Shown: positions 18,283 to 27,481 of the stretch, piece by piece
Numbering within the stretch: position 1 is the stretch's first letter
How the letters are laid out: the number at the start of each line of letters is the position of its first letter
Virus record (IMG/VR): IMGVR_UViG_3300005253_000126
Source: an uncultured virus (IMG/VR IMGVR_UViG_3300005253_000126)
Taxonomy: Duplodnaviria; Heunggongvirae; Uroviricota; Caudoviricetes
Direction: 5' to 3' (one strand)
Length of the DNA stretch: 64,000 nt
Notes under the pieces: generated by a model
Told to the model about the DNA's origin: nothing
Database searches by the model: none
The model's input: only the letters and a program-made list of their open reading frames with translations
Made by a program: the position numbers and the translations under genes

Positions 18283-19191
18283 TCATGTCTCGTCCTCTCT
18301 GAAGCCGTCCAGCACCGGCCACTTACCCGAAAAACATGACGGGGCCACAGGGCAGAACCTCGCCCGGGCATCGAATCCACTGGCACACACGCCAGGGGGT
18401 ATGAAATCCTTCCCCTGCTCCCGGAACGATTTGAGCATCTTGGCCTTGATGGAGATCAGGTCCACCGCCTTGTCGTTTCGCTCGATGAGATATTCCTTGA
18501 ACGGAGAGAACCTATCCTTCGAGTTCCAGCTTATGGCCTCCGCGTCTTTCTTGCCGAACATCCGCCCCTTGTACAGGATGTGGGCCACGTTCGAATTGAT
18601 CTGATCTGCCCACTTACTGCGCGACGTGCCGATGATCTTCAAATAGAGTTGCGTGCGCCACGTATGCTCGGCCATGGGCATCTGCAGATCAGCCCAGTAG
18701 TTCTTGTCGATGATCTTTAGCTCTACCATCCGCAGCTTAGACTCCCCCACGTTCACCAGGATGTCGAGCCCTCCCCAGACTCCCAGCTCCTCGCTGTACA
18801 GTGTCACCTCGTTGTACTTGAAGAGATTTTTCTTGCACTTAGCACACCTGGAGGGCCGCGGCCTGAACGTCAGAACAGTGCCGCACCACTTGCACTCCCA
18901 GTGTCCGATGACCTTGTCCTGGGGCATCCAGTGCTCCCGGAGCAGCGCCTGCATCATCTTCCCCACGTCGAACGTAGTCTGCTGGGATGTCCCGATCCAC
19001 TCATCCCTCGGCTTTCCCCCAGTCAGGTCATACAGCGCGAACTGCCGCGGGCAGAACTCCTCCTCTTTCGTCAGATCCGAGGCGTGCAGAATCTTGTGAT
19101 CGCGCGGAGGTCTCCTGCCGGGGATAGCTTCGTGCAGCATCCGCTTGATCGACGGCTCCTCACCAGCCAGGATGGAGTCAAATACGCTCAC
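18283..19191 (-). CDS. Cas4-like PD-(D/E)xK exonuclease
   Basis: HAS...CPR, G.LDI, ELKI, Q.YL, C-terminal Cys cluster (C...FCPVAPSC); internal CxxC-CxxC. Confidence 0.8.
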   Translation of the reverse strand: MSVFDSILAGEEPSIKRMLHEAIPGRRPPRDHKILHASDLTKEEEFCPRQFALYDLTGGKPRDEWIGTSQQTTFDVGKMMQALLREHWMPQDKVIGHWECKWCGTVLTFRPRPSRCAKCKKNLFKYNEVTLYSEELGVWGGLDILVNVGESKLRMVELKIIDKNYWADLQMPMAEHTWRTQLYLKIIGTSRSKWADQINSNVAHILYKGRMFGKKDAEAISWNSKDRFSPFKEYLIERNDKAVDLISIKAKMLKSFREQGKDFIPPGVCASGFDARARFCPVAPSCFSGKWPVLDGFREDET

Positions 19192-19510
19192 GCTCTAGCG
19201 CCTCCCTTATCGTCCTCCAAAATCTCTCTGGCACAGCAACCCACGCTTTCCTGGGCCGTCCATCCTCTCTGATAAATTGAAATGACAGCACTGGAACCTG
19301 GCCATGGCTCACCGCGTCTTCCTCAATCTGCTTCAGCCACGCGATGTCGACCCTCAAGGTCATCCCTAGTGTCGTCTTGATCTCCACACGTAGCTCCTCG
19401 GTCTTACCGTCCGCCGGGTCACCATCGAGCTGACCAGACGCAACTGTAGCACTAAGTCCTAGTCTTTTGACCGTCAGCCCCTCTGCCATCTGCCCTGGAC
19501 TCTGACTCAT
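19178..19510 (-). CDS. small PD-(D/E)xK nuclease (resolvase-like)
   Basis: SG...ADG...VEIKTT...WLKQI pattern. Confidence 0.65.
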   Translation of the reverse strand: MSQSPGQMAEGLTVKRLGLSATVASGQLDGDPADGKTEELRVEIKTTLGMTLRVDIAWLKQIEEDAVSHGQVPVLSFQFIREDGRPRKAWVAVPERFWRTIREALERERI

Positions 19511-20547
19511 AAGCCCTCCAGACTCTCGTCATCATCATTGCCAGCCATTGTTCTGATCAACGCCGTCTTAATCACCAGGTCTTCCACAGCATCCTGGTCT
19601 TCCTTCAACGACGCGACCAGGGCCTTCAGGGTATTGAATTCTTTACCGTTCCAGGCGAACTTCTTGCCCGCCCTTTTCAGCAGCCCGAGCTGTGCCGCTC
19701 TAGCCGTCAGCGTATTCCACGGATCAACATCACCCACCTTCAGCCCCTTCTGCGGCAGCATCATCATCTCGTACTCCCCGGCGTTGCTGACGATAGGCAT
19801 CTTGTAGCGTTTGATTGTGAACTCGGTCTTTTTCCGGGCCCACATGCTCTGGTGGATCTTCGGGTCCTTAACATCAGTGCCGTGCATCCTGACCCTCAAA
19901 CTGGTCAGGAACCTGAACGCATTGCCCCCGGGCGTAGTCTCAGGGCTGCCAAACAGCACCCCGATCTTGATCCGAACCTGGTTGATCGCCAAGAACGTCA
20001 GCAGCCGCTTCTCTTTGTCCGCTCGGTGCATACCGGCCAGTATCTTATTCACCAGTTTGGTCATCACCCGGGCCCTGGCCCCCACCGTGTCCTTCTCGGC
20101 GCTCCTCTCGATCTCATCCGATGTCACCAGTGCGGCGATAGAATCAAACACGATCAGGATCACGTCGCTGGCCTTTAGGAATGCGTCGACAATGTCCACC
20201 GCTTGCTCTGCGAAGTCCGGACGGATCACAATCAGCTTATCTATGTTCACCCCCATACGCCTGGCCCACACCGGGTCATACGTCTTCTCGATGTCGATGA
20301 ACACACATATTTTGTCTGGGTGTAGACGCTGGGTCTCGGCGATGGTCACCAGGGCAAAGTTAGTCTTTCCACTGCCTTCCTTCCCATAGATCTCGACCAC
20401 ACGTCCCCGGGGTAACCCCCCTCCAGACGACAGATCAAACTGGAATATACCCGTTTTCAGCCGCGGGATGTCCTCATGGCCCTCGACGACGAGATCCTCC
20501 CCGTACTTTCTGATCAGGGTGTCCAGAATGGCGTCAACTTTAGACAA
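19507..20547 (-). CDS. recA: RecA recombinase
   Basis: GGLPRGRVVEIYGKEGSGKT, FIDIE, VFDSIAAL, INQVR, ETTPGGNA. Confidence 0.96.
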   Translation of the reverse strand: MSKVDAILDTLIRKYGEDLVVEGHEDIPRLKTGIFQFDLSSGGGLPRGRVVEIYGKEGSGKTNFALVTIAETQRLHPDKICVFIDIEKTYDPVWARRMGVNIDKLIVIRPDFAEQAVDIVDAFLKASDVILIVFDSIAALVTSDEIERSAEKDTVGARARVMTKLVNKILAGMHRADKEKRLLTFLAINQVRIKIGVLFGSPETTPGGNAFRFLTSLRVRMHGTDVKDPKIHQSMWARKKTEFTIKRYKMPIVSNAGEYEMMMLPQKGLKVGDVDPWNTLTARAAQLGLLKRAGKKFAWNGKEFNTLKALVASLKEDQDAVEDLVIKTALIRTMAGNDDDESLEGL

Positions 20548-21304
20548 TGCCCAGCTCCTTCATCAGGTCAAAATCTTCGCCATTTATCGGGCCCACGATA
20601 CTCTCTCCAGCCTCAACCGGCGCGGGCCTGGTTGGAGAATCCCCCTCCCACGGAAGCCCCGAACTGGGTCGTTCCTGGGCCTCAGACGGCGTCTCAGCAG
20701 CTTTCTGTGTCTCCCCCTCACCCGAGGGCCTATCCGGCGCGTTCTCGTGTTTTCGGTCCTCTAAAGCCACCGTATTCCCCGTCACCAGCCCCAGTTCCCG
20801 CTTAGCGGTCATCACGGCCTCACCCAGCCAGTCCTCAACCTGGGCCTTAACCCTGGCCTGCACCTTCGTCACTTCCTCGCTGTAGCAGGGCACGTACAGG
20901 CTGCAATCAATCCGCACGCTCTCATAATCGCCCTTGTTGATCGTGTACCCCATGGTGTACCCGACGTTAGCCACAGGCTTGTCACCCGCCAGCCATACCT
21001 CGTCGATCTCGATGTCCCTGAACTCATCCCTGACCACAGCCCCGGTCAGGTTGTTTTTATCCTTGCGTCTCACCCGCCCCTTGATCTTCCGCCCGGCTGT
21101 CTTCTCTTTAGGCTTCAGCGCCAGTTTGATCTGGTCCAGCGTGAACTGGGCGATGTTGGGTATCTTCATCACCTCCCAGTCTCCCTTCTCCATCAAGGCT
21201 TCAAGCTGGGCACGGGTAGTGACATCCTCCCGGTTCTCCAGGACCTTCGCTACCCTGACCGATAGCCCCAGCCTCGTCAGTTCGTTTTCAAATTTGCTCA
21301 CCAT
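20540..21304 (-). CDS. protein with N-terminal RNA polymerase alpha-CTD-like domain
   Basis: LGLSVRVAKVL...TTRAQL...VMKIPNIAQFTLDQIK matches the alpha-CTD pattern; middle region GYTINKGDYESVRID. Confidence 0.7.
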   Translation of the reverse strand: MVSKFENELTRLGLSVRVAKVLENREDVTTRAQLEALMEKGDWEVMKIPNIAQFTLDQIKLALKPKEKTAGRKIKGRVRRKDKNNLTGAVVRDEFRDIEIDEVWLAGDKPVANVGYTMGYTINKGDYESVRIDCSLYVPCYSEEVTKVQARVKAQVEDWLGEAVMTAKRELGLVTGNTVALEDRKHENAPDRPSGEGETQKAAETPSEAQERPSSGLPWEGDSPTRPAPVEAGESIVGPINGEDFDLMKELGIV

Positions 21305-21792
21305 AACCTCCTGATATTCACTACCACTTCACTCACTCGCTCGCCATCATGCTTCTTGCGGTTCCAGGGCATCACCACTGACAGCTTCTCTATCAGGTGA
21401 ATCTGGTGCCCCAAGAATAGCCTATGGCCTCGACCATGCGTGCCCACGTTACACCTGGGAATCAATCTCAGCGCCTGCCAGCGCCTGATGGTATCCACCG
21501 ATCTATCCAGGCGCTTAGCCACGGCCCCTATGCGCCAGCACTGCACTAATTGGCCGTCCTTCTTCCTAATGACCCAGTCACGAGACTCGTGGACCTGATT
21601 CTTCCGATACATGCGCGACCGCTCTATGGCCGCCGCCGCATACACCGCGTCAGTCCAGTACCTTCTGCGGCGGGCAGCATTGTACTCTCCCTTATTCTTT
21701 GCATACCAGTCCCGCGACTCCTGCCGCCTACGCTCTAGCGTGTCAGTATTTCTGCTTCGATCTTTGTGTACCATGTACGCCTCACTCCCCAA
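21298..21792 (-). CDS. MerR-type HTH DNA-binding protein
   Basis: WRIGAVAKRLDRSVDTIRRWQ...LIP...GHRLF. Confidence 0.8.
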   Translation of the reverse strand: MGSEAYMVHKDRSRNTDTLERRRQESRDWYAKNKGEYNAARRRRYWTDAVYAAAAIERSRMYRKNQVHESRDWVIRKKDGQLVQCWRIGAVAKRLDRSVDTIRRWQALRLIPRCNVGTHGRGHRLFLGHQIHLIEKLSVVMPWNRKKHDGERVSEVVVNIRRLW

Positions 21793-23093
21793 TATCTGGA
21801 GTATAGATCACTTGTACCGTCAACGATGTCCAGGACCAGAGGCCGCTTTTTCTGGCCTCCTGGCAGCTTCCGCCTGATCCGCCCCACGATCTGCTCAACA
21901 CCCGCCCTCGGGGTCCCCAAGACCGCGGTATCCAGCGTCGGGATGTCCGTGCCATACTCCGCCATCTTGTATGTGGCTAGAAGCACGGGCCTTTTCGCGG
22001 CCTGATCTCGGGCTTTCTCAGTCATTCCACCCACATAGTAGGCTATGTCCGAGATCGGCGCTCCTGCGCTCAAAAGGCTGTGTTTTAATATCTCCAGGTG
22101 CTTCCTCAGCGCCGAGAATATGATGATCTGCCGCCCCCTGGCCATGGCCTGCATAGTGAACGCCACGATCAGCTTGTTCCGAGGCTTATTGAGTACCAGC
22201 ATTCTTATCACATGTGCATCCCTCTTCGGCGCGTGATCCAGGGGCTCCATCTCCCCTGTGTTCCGGTTCATACGCCACGGCAGCTTCCACGGGCTGATCG
22301 TCTTGATGATCGTCGGCGTCAGGTAGCTCAAATCCGTCTTAACCTGCACCGGCCCCACATGGGCCTCGAACACCACCTCCCGCCCATCCTTACGCCTGGG
22401 GGTCGCCGACATGCCGATCCTGAGCTTGGCCGGGATCTGGAAGGCGGACCCTGAGAACTTCTCGGCCGACGCGAGCTGAGACTCATCCCAGATCACCAGG
22501 CCGAAGTCCTTGAACAGGTCCTCAGGATAGCGTCCAGGCTTACACACCGACTGGATCATGGCTATCACCAGAGGGCACCCTGCGACCCTGACCACATCCC
22601 CCTGGATCATCCCTACCTTTGCCGGGGGGAGGCCCAGGATCTTGCCAGCCTGTTTCTCCCACTGCTTCTTGATGTCTTCCTTGGTCACCACCACCAGAGT
22701 CTTCACCCCTACCCTGGCAATCACATCGAGCATGCACATGGTCTTCCCGAAGCCCGTCGGGGCCTGGAGCTGGAAGCTCTGCCCCTGCCTCAGCAGTTGA
22801 AGAGATTCACGCACCACCCTGGCCTGCTCATCGTCCCAGGGCTCGAATGTGCTCTTGAACTCGTACTTGACCCCAGGCCGCCGCATATCGAGCGTGTCTG
22901 AGCCCCACGTGCACATGTTCCGTGGCACCAGGGTCACTGGCTTCTTGTTGAGATGGAGCTTCAGAGGGTGCCAGAGCAACGAATAGAATTCGCCGAATCT
23001 ATCCGTGCTCTTCCCGAAGTCCTGATGGATCTCGTCCTGGTAATAAATGCCAGCGGCCCCCACCGCTCGGGCGGGGGCCTTAATCAGCAACAC
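21735..23093 (-). CDS. superfamily 2 (DEAD/DEAH-like) helicase
   Basis: APTGFGKT, WDESQ, SATPRRKDG, GTDIP.LD, QIVGRIRR. Confidence 0.93.
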   Translation of the reverse strand: MLLIKAPARAVGAAGIYYQDEIHQDFGKSTDRFGEFYSLLWHPLKLHLNKKPVTLVPRNMCTWGSDTLDMRRPGVKYEFKSTFEPWDDEQARVVRESLQLLRQGQSFQLQAPTGFGKTMCMLDVIARVGVKTLVVVTKEDIKKQWEKQAGKILGLPPAKVGMIQGDVVRVAGCPLVIAMIQSVCKPGRYPEDLFKDFGLVIWDESQLASAEKFSGSAFQIPAKLRIGMSATPRRKDGREVVFEAHVGPVQVKTDLSYLTPTIIKTISPWKLPWRMNRNTGEMEPLDHAPKRDAHVIRMLVLNKPRNKLIVAFTMQAMARGRQIIIFSALRKHLEILKHSLLSAGAPISDIAYYVGGMTEKARDQAAKRPVLLATYKMAEYGTDIPTLDTAVLGTPRAGVEQIVGRIRRKLPGGQKKRPLVLDIVDGTSDLYSRYWGVRRTWYTKIEAEILTR

Positions 23094-23843
23094 CTAATCC
23101 AGATTCTGGAGATCGAATTCGGGCTCGCCATCGCCCGCCTGCTTCGAAGGCTGGAAGTCCCCATCGCCACCGCCACTTACGACCGGCGTCTCAGCCCCGA
23201 TCACGTCGGCAGTGCCAAAGCCCATCTTCCGCAGCTCTTGCGGCTCGATGAACGGCACCGACTTCCTGTAGTCCAGCGGCTCTCCGTTCTTGCCGAACGC
23301 CTCACGGATCTTCGCCAGCGGCGTCTGGCCCATGTACTCGTACATGGTGCCGATCTTGGACGTTCGCTGACCTTCCGGCCTGGTCACCGAGTAGGTACAC
23401 CCGACCAGGGACCCGCCGCGCTTCTTGGCAAGCTCCAGGAGCATGCTCTGGCTGTCGCGCTTATACACGAACATCCGGCGCTCGTTCTTGTGCACCTTGT
23501 TCTCACGATCCGTCCACTCGTTGTGGTCGATAACCGTCAGCACACCGACGAACGACGGGTTCCTGCCTTCCTGGCAAATCGGACACGACTGGTCCCCCTT
23601 CTCGCTACCCACGCAGACATAGAAGTCAGTGCCCTTGCCCTCTCGGCGGACCTCATGTTCGTAATACATCGGGGTATCGAATATCCCGTCCTCGCTAACC
23701 TTGCCATCCAGGAACGTGATCTTCGACGAGCTATTCGGCACCATGTAGAATCTGCGACCTCCTCGCCGCGCATCTGCCTTCGCCTTTTCTGTGGCCATGG
23801 CAGACTTTGCCTCGGCCCCGGTCTTCAGCCAATCAGTTGACAT
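23094..23843 (-). CDS. single-stranded DNA-binding protein (gp32-like)
   Basis: YEH...YVC...CPIC Zn motif, acidic C-terminal tail (EPEFDLQNLD), position in replication module. Confidence 0.75.
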   Translation of the reverse strand: MSTDWLKTGAEAKSAMATEKAKADARRGGRRFYMVPNSSSKITFLDGKVSEDGIFDTPMYYEHEVRREGKGTDFYVCVGSEKGDQSCPICQEGRNPSFVGVLTVIDHNEWTDRENKVHKNERRMFVYKRDSQSMLLELAKKRGGSLVGCTYSVTRPEGQRTSKIGTMYEYMGQTPLAKIREAFGKNGEPLDYRKSVPFIEPQELRKMGFGTADVIGAETPVVSGGGDGDFQPSKQAGDGEPEFDLQNLD

Positions 23844-23867
23844 ACTTTTTTTCCTCTCAGGTTGTAG

Positions 23868-23883
23868 CCTTTCACGTGTAACA
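23868..23883. promoter_or_regulatory. parS-like site TGTTACACGTGAAAGG (minus-strand reading)
   Basis: 14/16 match to parS TGTTACACGTGAAACA; intergenic between primase and SSB. Confidence 0.4.
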
Positions 23884-23888
23884 GAGTT

Positions 23889-24908
23889 TTACGTTAGGCG
23901 AGTGGGATGATAATCGAGATCGACGACCCCGTCCAGAGCCACGATGACCTCCTCGATAGCCATGTTCCCCCCGTCCTGCCCCGCCTTCAGTTTCAGGTGT
24001 TTGATGCGGCGACCTTGGCCCCCCAGGACCTCGGTTACCCGCTCCCGCGCAAGATCCCCGGCCTTGTCCCCGTCGAACATCGTCACGATACTGCTGAATC
24101 GCCCGATGCGCTTCAGCTTGTTGTCGTTCATACCCGCCATCAGCGGGCTCAGCACGTTGCGATAGACACGCATCACGCTCAACAAATCGAACATACCCTC
24201 GGCCAGGACCACGGTCTTCTCGGTGTCGACCCAGTGCTCCCCCAGCCAACACTGTGGATTCGAGATCTTCTCGTCCTTTTTCCTGTACCACACATACATC
24301 AGATATGGCAGATACTCCCCGTCACAGTCCGCGGGCCCGTATACAGCCCGGCCATGCAATCCCACCAGGAGCCCCTCCCAGTTCCTCACCGGCACGCAGA
24401 CCCGGCCCCGCCTGAAGTCATAGCGGAAGTCCAGCTCGTCGATATTACGGAAGTCAAGCTGTCGCCCACGCAGGTACTTCACCGCCTCCTCAGACTTCAG
24501 GTAGCTCCTGAACGCGTCCAGCCACCAGGCTGGGAACCCGATGTCCTCGCGCGGCTTGAGTCTCTGCTCCCAGTCTGGGAGATCATCCATGTCCAGGAAC
24601 CCCTCCTCATTGAGGATCAGGCCGTGAGCAGTCTTCAGGTCCATACCCTGGGGCCTGCTCTTTCTGTCATAACGCTGAGAGATGATCGGCACTATGTCCT
24701 CAAGGCGTCCGTGTACCCCACAGGACCAGCACGTATACGAGCTGATGCCTTTGCCTATGGAGATCGCGAAGCTCGGGTGTTGGTCAATACCGCCCCCGTG
24801 TCTCCAGGGTGCGAATGGACAGCTCGCCACCACCCAGGACCCTGATCTGATCTTCTCGAATCGGGACCCCAGCAGGGGCAACAGTTTGCGGATGTTCTCT
24901 TCCTTCAC
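23889..24908 (-). CDS. dnaG: DNA primase (zinc finger plus TOPRIM)
   Basis: CPF..H...PSF...CWSCG; EGMFD; FDGDKAG. Confidence 0.92.
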   Translation of the reverse strand: MKEENIRKLLPLLGSRFEKIRSGSWVVASCPFAPWRHGGGIDQHPSFAISIGKGISSYTCWSCGVHGRLEDIVPIISQRYDRKSRPQGMDLKTAHGLILNEEGFLDMDDLPDWEQRLKPREDIGFPAWWLDAFRSYLKSEEAVKYLRGRQLDFRNIDELDFRYDFRRGRVCVPVRNWEGLLVGLHGRAVYGPADCDGEYLPYLMYVWYRKKDEKISNPQCWLGEHWVDTEKTVVLAEGMFDLLSVMRVYRNVLSPLMAGMNDNKLKRIGRFSSIVTMFDGDKAGDLARERVTEVLGGQGRRIKHLKLKAGQDGGNMAIEEVIVALDGVVDLDYHPTRLT

Positions 24909-25414
24909 AGGGTTTTGTATCTGAAGCCTATCCTGAACCAGTTGATGCCTTTGTTCGGCTTATCGTGTGGGCCCCTGGGTAGCCCCAGGCAGGTACTCTG
25001 TGACACCCCCAAAAAGGCTGACCGACAATTCGATTCATGATCGCCCAGCGCGAATATGGTCCGACGTTTGTTGAGGTAGATCCCTGCAAAAAAGTTATAT
25101 CGCCAGGGGGTGCCGATATATCTGCTGTCCGTGTCACCATTGCACACGCCCCACCCGGCGAAGATGCGCCGCCGACTCCCCATGACCCCACCGCACAGGC
25201 TGACCTTGCCATTGTACAGCTTGTCGGTCACGTACCAGGTGATAGGGCTCTCGCCGTTGACGCGGACGGCCATGACCCTCCAGTTAGAAGAGCCAGCGCC
25301 GAGGGACCCGGACACCTCAACAGCCTCGACCTTTGAAACGACGACGAGCAGCATGACCAACACCGTCCCCGCCATAATCCACGGCCACCACGGCCAGGAT
25401 CGCTTAGGAATCAT
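24905..25414 (-). CDS. PagL-like outer membrane beta-barrel (lipid A deacylase family)
   Basis: Signal peptide (VEA cleavage), alternating beta strands, HESN...PNKGIN...IGFRY C-terminus. Confidence 0.6.
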   Translation of the reverse strand: MIPKRSWPWWPWIMAGTVLVMLLVVVSKVEAVEVSGSLGAGSSNWRVMAVRVNGESPITWYVTDKLYNGKVSLCGGVMGSRRRIFAGWGVCNGDTDSRYIGTPWRYNFFAGIYLNKRRTIFALGDHESNCRSAFLGVSQSTCLGLPRGPHDKPNKGINWFRIGFRYKTL

Positions 25415-25568
25415 CCGGCCTCCCTCGTTTCATGAATGAATCTTCACTGCGGAAAGTGCTCTCGATCTCTTTGTATAATCGCCCGTTGCCATTGGTCCAG
25501 CCGTGGAGGTAGCCGAGGCCATAGGCCACGACCGCCACCACGACAATGAGTCCCAACAGGAAAAGCAC
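25404..25568 (-). CDS. small membrane protein
   Basis: MLFLLGLIVVVAVVAYGLGYLHGW...; fills the gap between neighbours. Confidence 0.5.
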   Translation of the reverse strand: MLFLLGLIVVVAVVAYGLGYLHGWTNGNGRLYKEIESTFRSEDSFMKRGRPDDS

Positions 25569-25575
25569 CCGCCCT

Positions 25576-26040
25576 CTACTTGATCTTTACGCTCAAGCTA
25601 CGCGCGCCCGACTTGTCCTCAAGCAAAACCTCGGCGCGCTGTTCAGGGTTCAGGTAGTCATCCACCTTTTTCAGGGGCACAGTCGCGATCTGATAGAACG
25701 CATCGTCACCCATCAAATGGTGGATCTTGGCGATGTCAGTGACCGTCCGCTTCTTGGCCTTCTCACCGATGCTCGCCACGTAGAAATCACCAGAGATTTC
25801 AACCTTCTGATCGGCGGCCAGCGTGTCATTTGCGTGCGCCCGCAGCTCTTTCGACAGATCAGCAATACGGACACCCATCTCCCGGGCCTTGGAGAACACA
25901 GGCTCGGCCTGGAGAATCTCCAGGTCGCCTTGAAGCGCACCCAACTCGTCGACCATCACCATCATCGCGGCCTGGCCTTTCTTACCCTTGGCCTTCGACT
26001 TCGGTCGATCCTTTACCATCGTCACACTCATCTCTATCAC
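25576..26040 (-). CDS. conserved phage hypothetical protein
   Basis: 154 aa ORF downstream of promoter and GAGGTG RBS. Confidence 0.7.
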   Translation of the reverse strand: MIEMSVTMVKDRPKSKAKGKKGQAAMMVMVDELGALQGDLEILQAEPVFSKAREMGVRIADLSKELRAHANDTLAADQKVEISGDFYVASIGEKAKKRTVTDIAKIHHLMGDDAFYQIATVPLKKVDDYLNPEQRAEVLLEDKSGARSLSVKIK

Positions 26041-26094
26041 CTCACTCGTAATATGGATATAGGGAAATTAGGGCCCTCCTCGGCCTATGCTCCA

Positions 26095-26122
26095 ACACTA
26101 GCAGCTTGCGGTAGTTTGTCAA
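26095..26122 (-). promoter_or_regulatory. sigma70 promoter
   Basis: TTGACA-16 bp-TAGTGT with extended TG, just after a terminator. Confidence 0.65.
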
Positions 26123-26127
26123 GCAAC

Positions 26128-26155
26128 AAAAAAAAAGGCCGGATATAACCGGCCT
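26128..26155 (-). terminator. rho-independent terminator after dnaB
   Basis: AGGCCGG-TTATAT-CCGGCCT followed by a long T run. Confidence 0.9.
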
Positions 26156-26224
26156 AAGTGCGCGCTGAGCTTGGCTTTTCGGCTGTGCTCACCAGCCACC
26201 TTGTTATTCCCCCTTAGTGTATCA

Positions 26225-27481
26225 TCAGATGTCCTCCATGTCCTCAACCGCCACGTGACGATACTCTGAGAAATCCATGGAGCGGAAGTCCCACTTCAAT
26301 GAAAAACCACCCACAGCGCCTTCACGGCCCTTCAGGATGGTAACCTTACGCCTCTTCAGGGTCTCGACGGTCTCATCCTCGAACAACCCTAGGACATGGC
26401 TGCACACCTGACCAATAGCGTCACTCAGCCCGATATGCTCGACCCCAGGTTGTTGGTCCTTCTTGAGCTTGGTCACCTCCCGATTGAACTGATAGCTGAC
26501 GATAACCGGGATACCCATGCCCTTACTGATCCGGCGATGCAGGGCCTCGACATTGTCCTTGACCTTCTGCCCGGTCTTGGCGTTCGGGTCAGGGTGCCCC
26601 ATCAGATAACCCCCATCCACGAACACCACGTCAGGCTTGAGCTGACGAACCAAGAGCACCAGATCGTCGACCGTCGCCGTCAGGTTGCCGTCCACGATCC
26701 AGAACGGCACATCATGCTTCGACATAGCCCTCAAAGCCCCTTTAACCCGCTTTAGGTTGCCTGAAGTCAACATCGCGTCCCGGATCTGCTTGGTGTTCAC
26801 TTCTGACTGTATGCCTAGGGCCCGCTGCATCAGGGCCAGCGCGTCCATCTCCATGCTCAGGATCAGCGGCACCTTGTGATGCTCCCACCAGACGTTCCTG
26901 GCGGCCCACGTGACCATGTACGTCTTGCCCAGCGATGGACGGCCCACGATGGCCATGGTGTCAGCCTCGCGCAGACCACCGGTCATCTCGTCCAGTGTCG
27001 GCCAGCCCAGGCGTATGCCATACCTAGGGCCCAACTCCGTCCGCCTCCGGAACTCCCCCATGACCGGGCCATCGGCCTCTCTAAAATCGAAAATCTCGCG
27101 CCGGTTGTTGTGCACCGTCAGACTCACCGCGGTCTCGCTCACCTGCTTCAACGCGGCCTCCGGATCTCGCTCCTGCAGACAATCCCTGGCCTTCTCCAAC
27201 CCCTTCACCAGAGTACGGTGCAGATGTCGCTTCTGTAAATCAGCCAGGTAGTAACTGGCAGGCTCCGGCGGATCAGGCATGGACAGCACTAACACCCCGG
27301 TCTCTTTCTCCGCCGTCTGGCGCGAGGGAATGACTCCGTGCTCCTGCAAGTGCTTGGTGATGTACACATACAAGTCGATCTCGTCTTCCTGGAACATCTC
27401 CTGGATCAAGCCCATGCTCACAAAAGCAGTCGTGTCGCCGTCGATCAAAACCCGGGAGAGCAGATCCAGACCGGCGCTCAT
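26225..27481 (-). CDS. dnaB: DnaB-like replicative helicase
   Basis: GWPTLDEMTGGL, GRPSLGKT, SMEM, FVDG, QFNRE, SDAIGQ, KGREG. Confidence 0.93.
   Translation of the reverse strand: MSAGLDLLSRVLIDGDTTAFVSMGLIQEMFQEDEIDLYVYITKHLQEHGVIPSRQTAEKETGVLVLSMPDPPEPASYYLADLQKRHLHRTLVKGLEKARDCLQERDPEAALKQVSETAVSLTVHNNRREIFDFREADGPVMGEFRRRTELGPRYGIRLGWPTLDEMTGGLREADTMAIVGRPSLGKTYMVTWAARNVWWEHHKVPLILSMEMDALALMQRALGIQSEVNTKQIRDAMLTSGNLKRVKGALRAMSKHDVPFWIVDGNLTATVDDLVLLVRQLKPDVVFVDGGYLMGHPDPNAKTGQKVKDNVEALHRRISKGMGIPVIVSYQFNREVTKLKKDQQPGVEHIGLSDAIGQVCSHVLGLFEDETVETLKRRKVTILKGREGAVGGFSLKWDFRSMDFSEYRHVAVEDMEDI

Noticed and set aside
18283..19191. CRISPR-Cas system suggested by the Cas4-like gene
   Set aside because: No cas1/cas2 or array; solo Cas4-like nucleases are common in phage recombination modules
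26156..26224. Possible hammerhead ribozyme (CTGGTGA...GAAA) between dnaB and its terminator
   Set aside because: Core deviates from CUGANGA, and stems I and II cannot form properly
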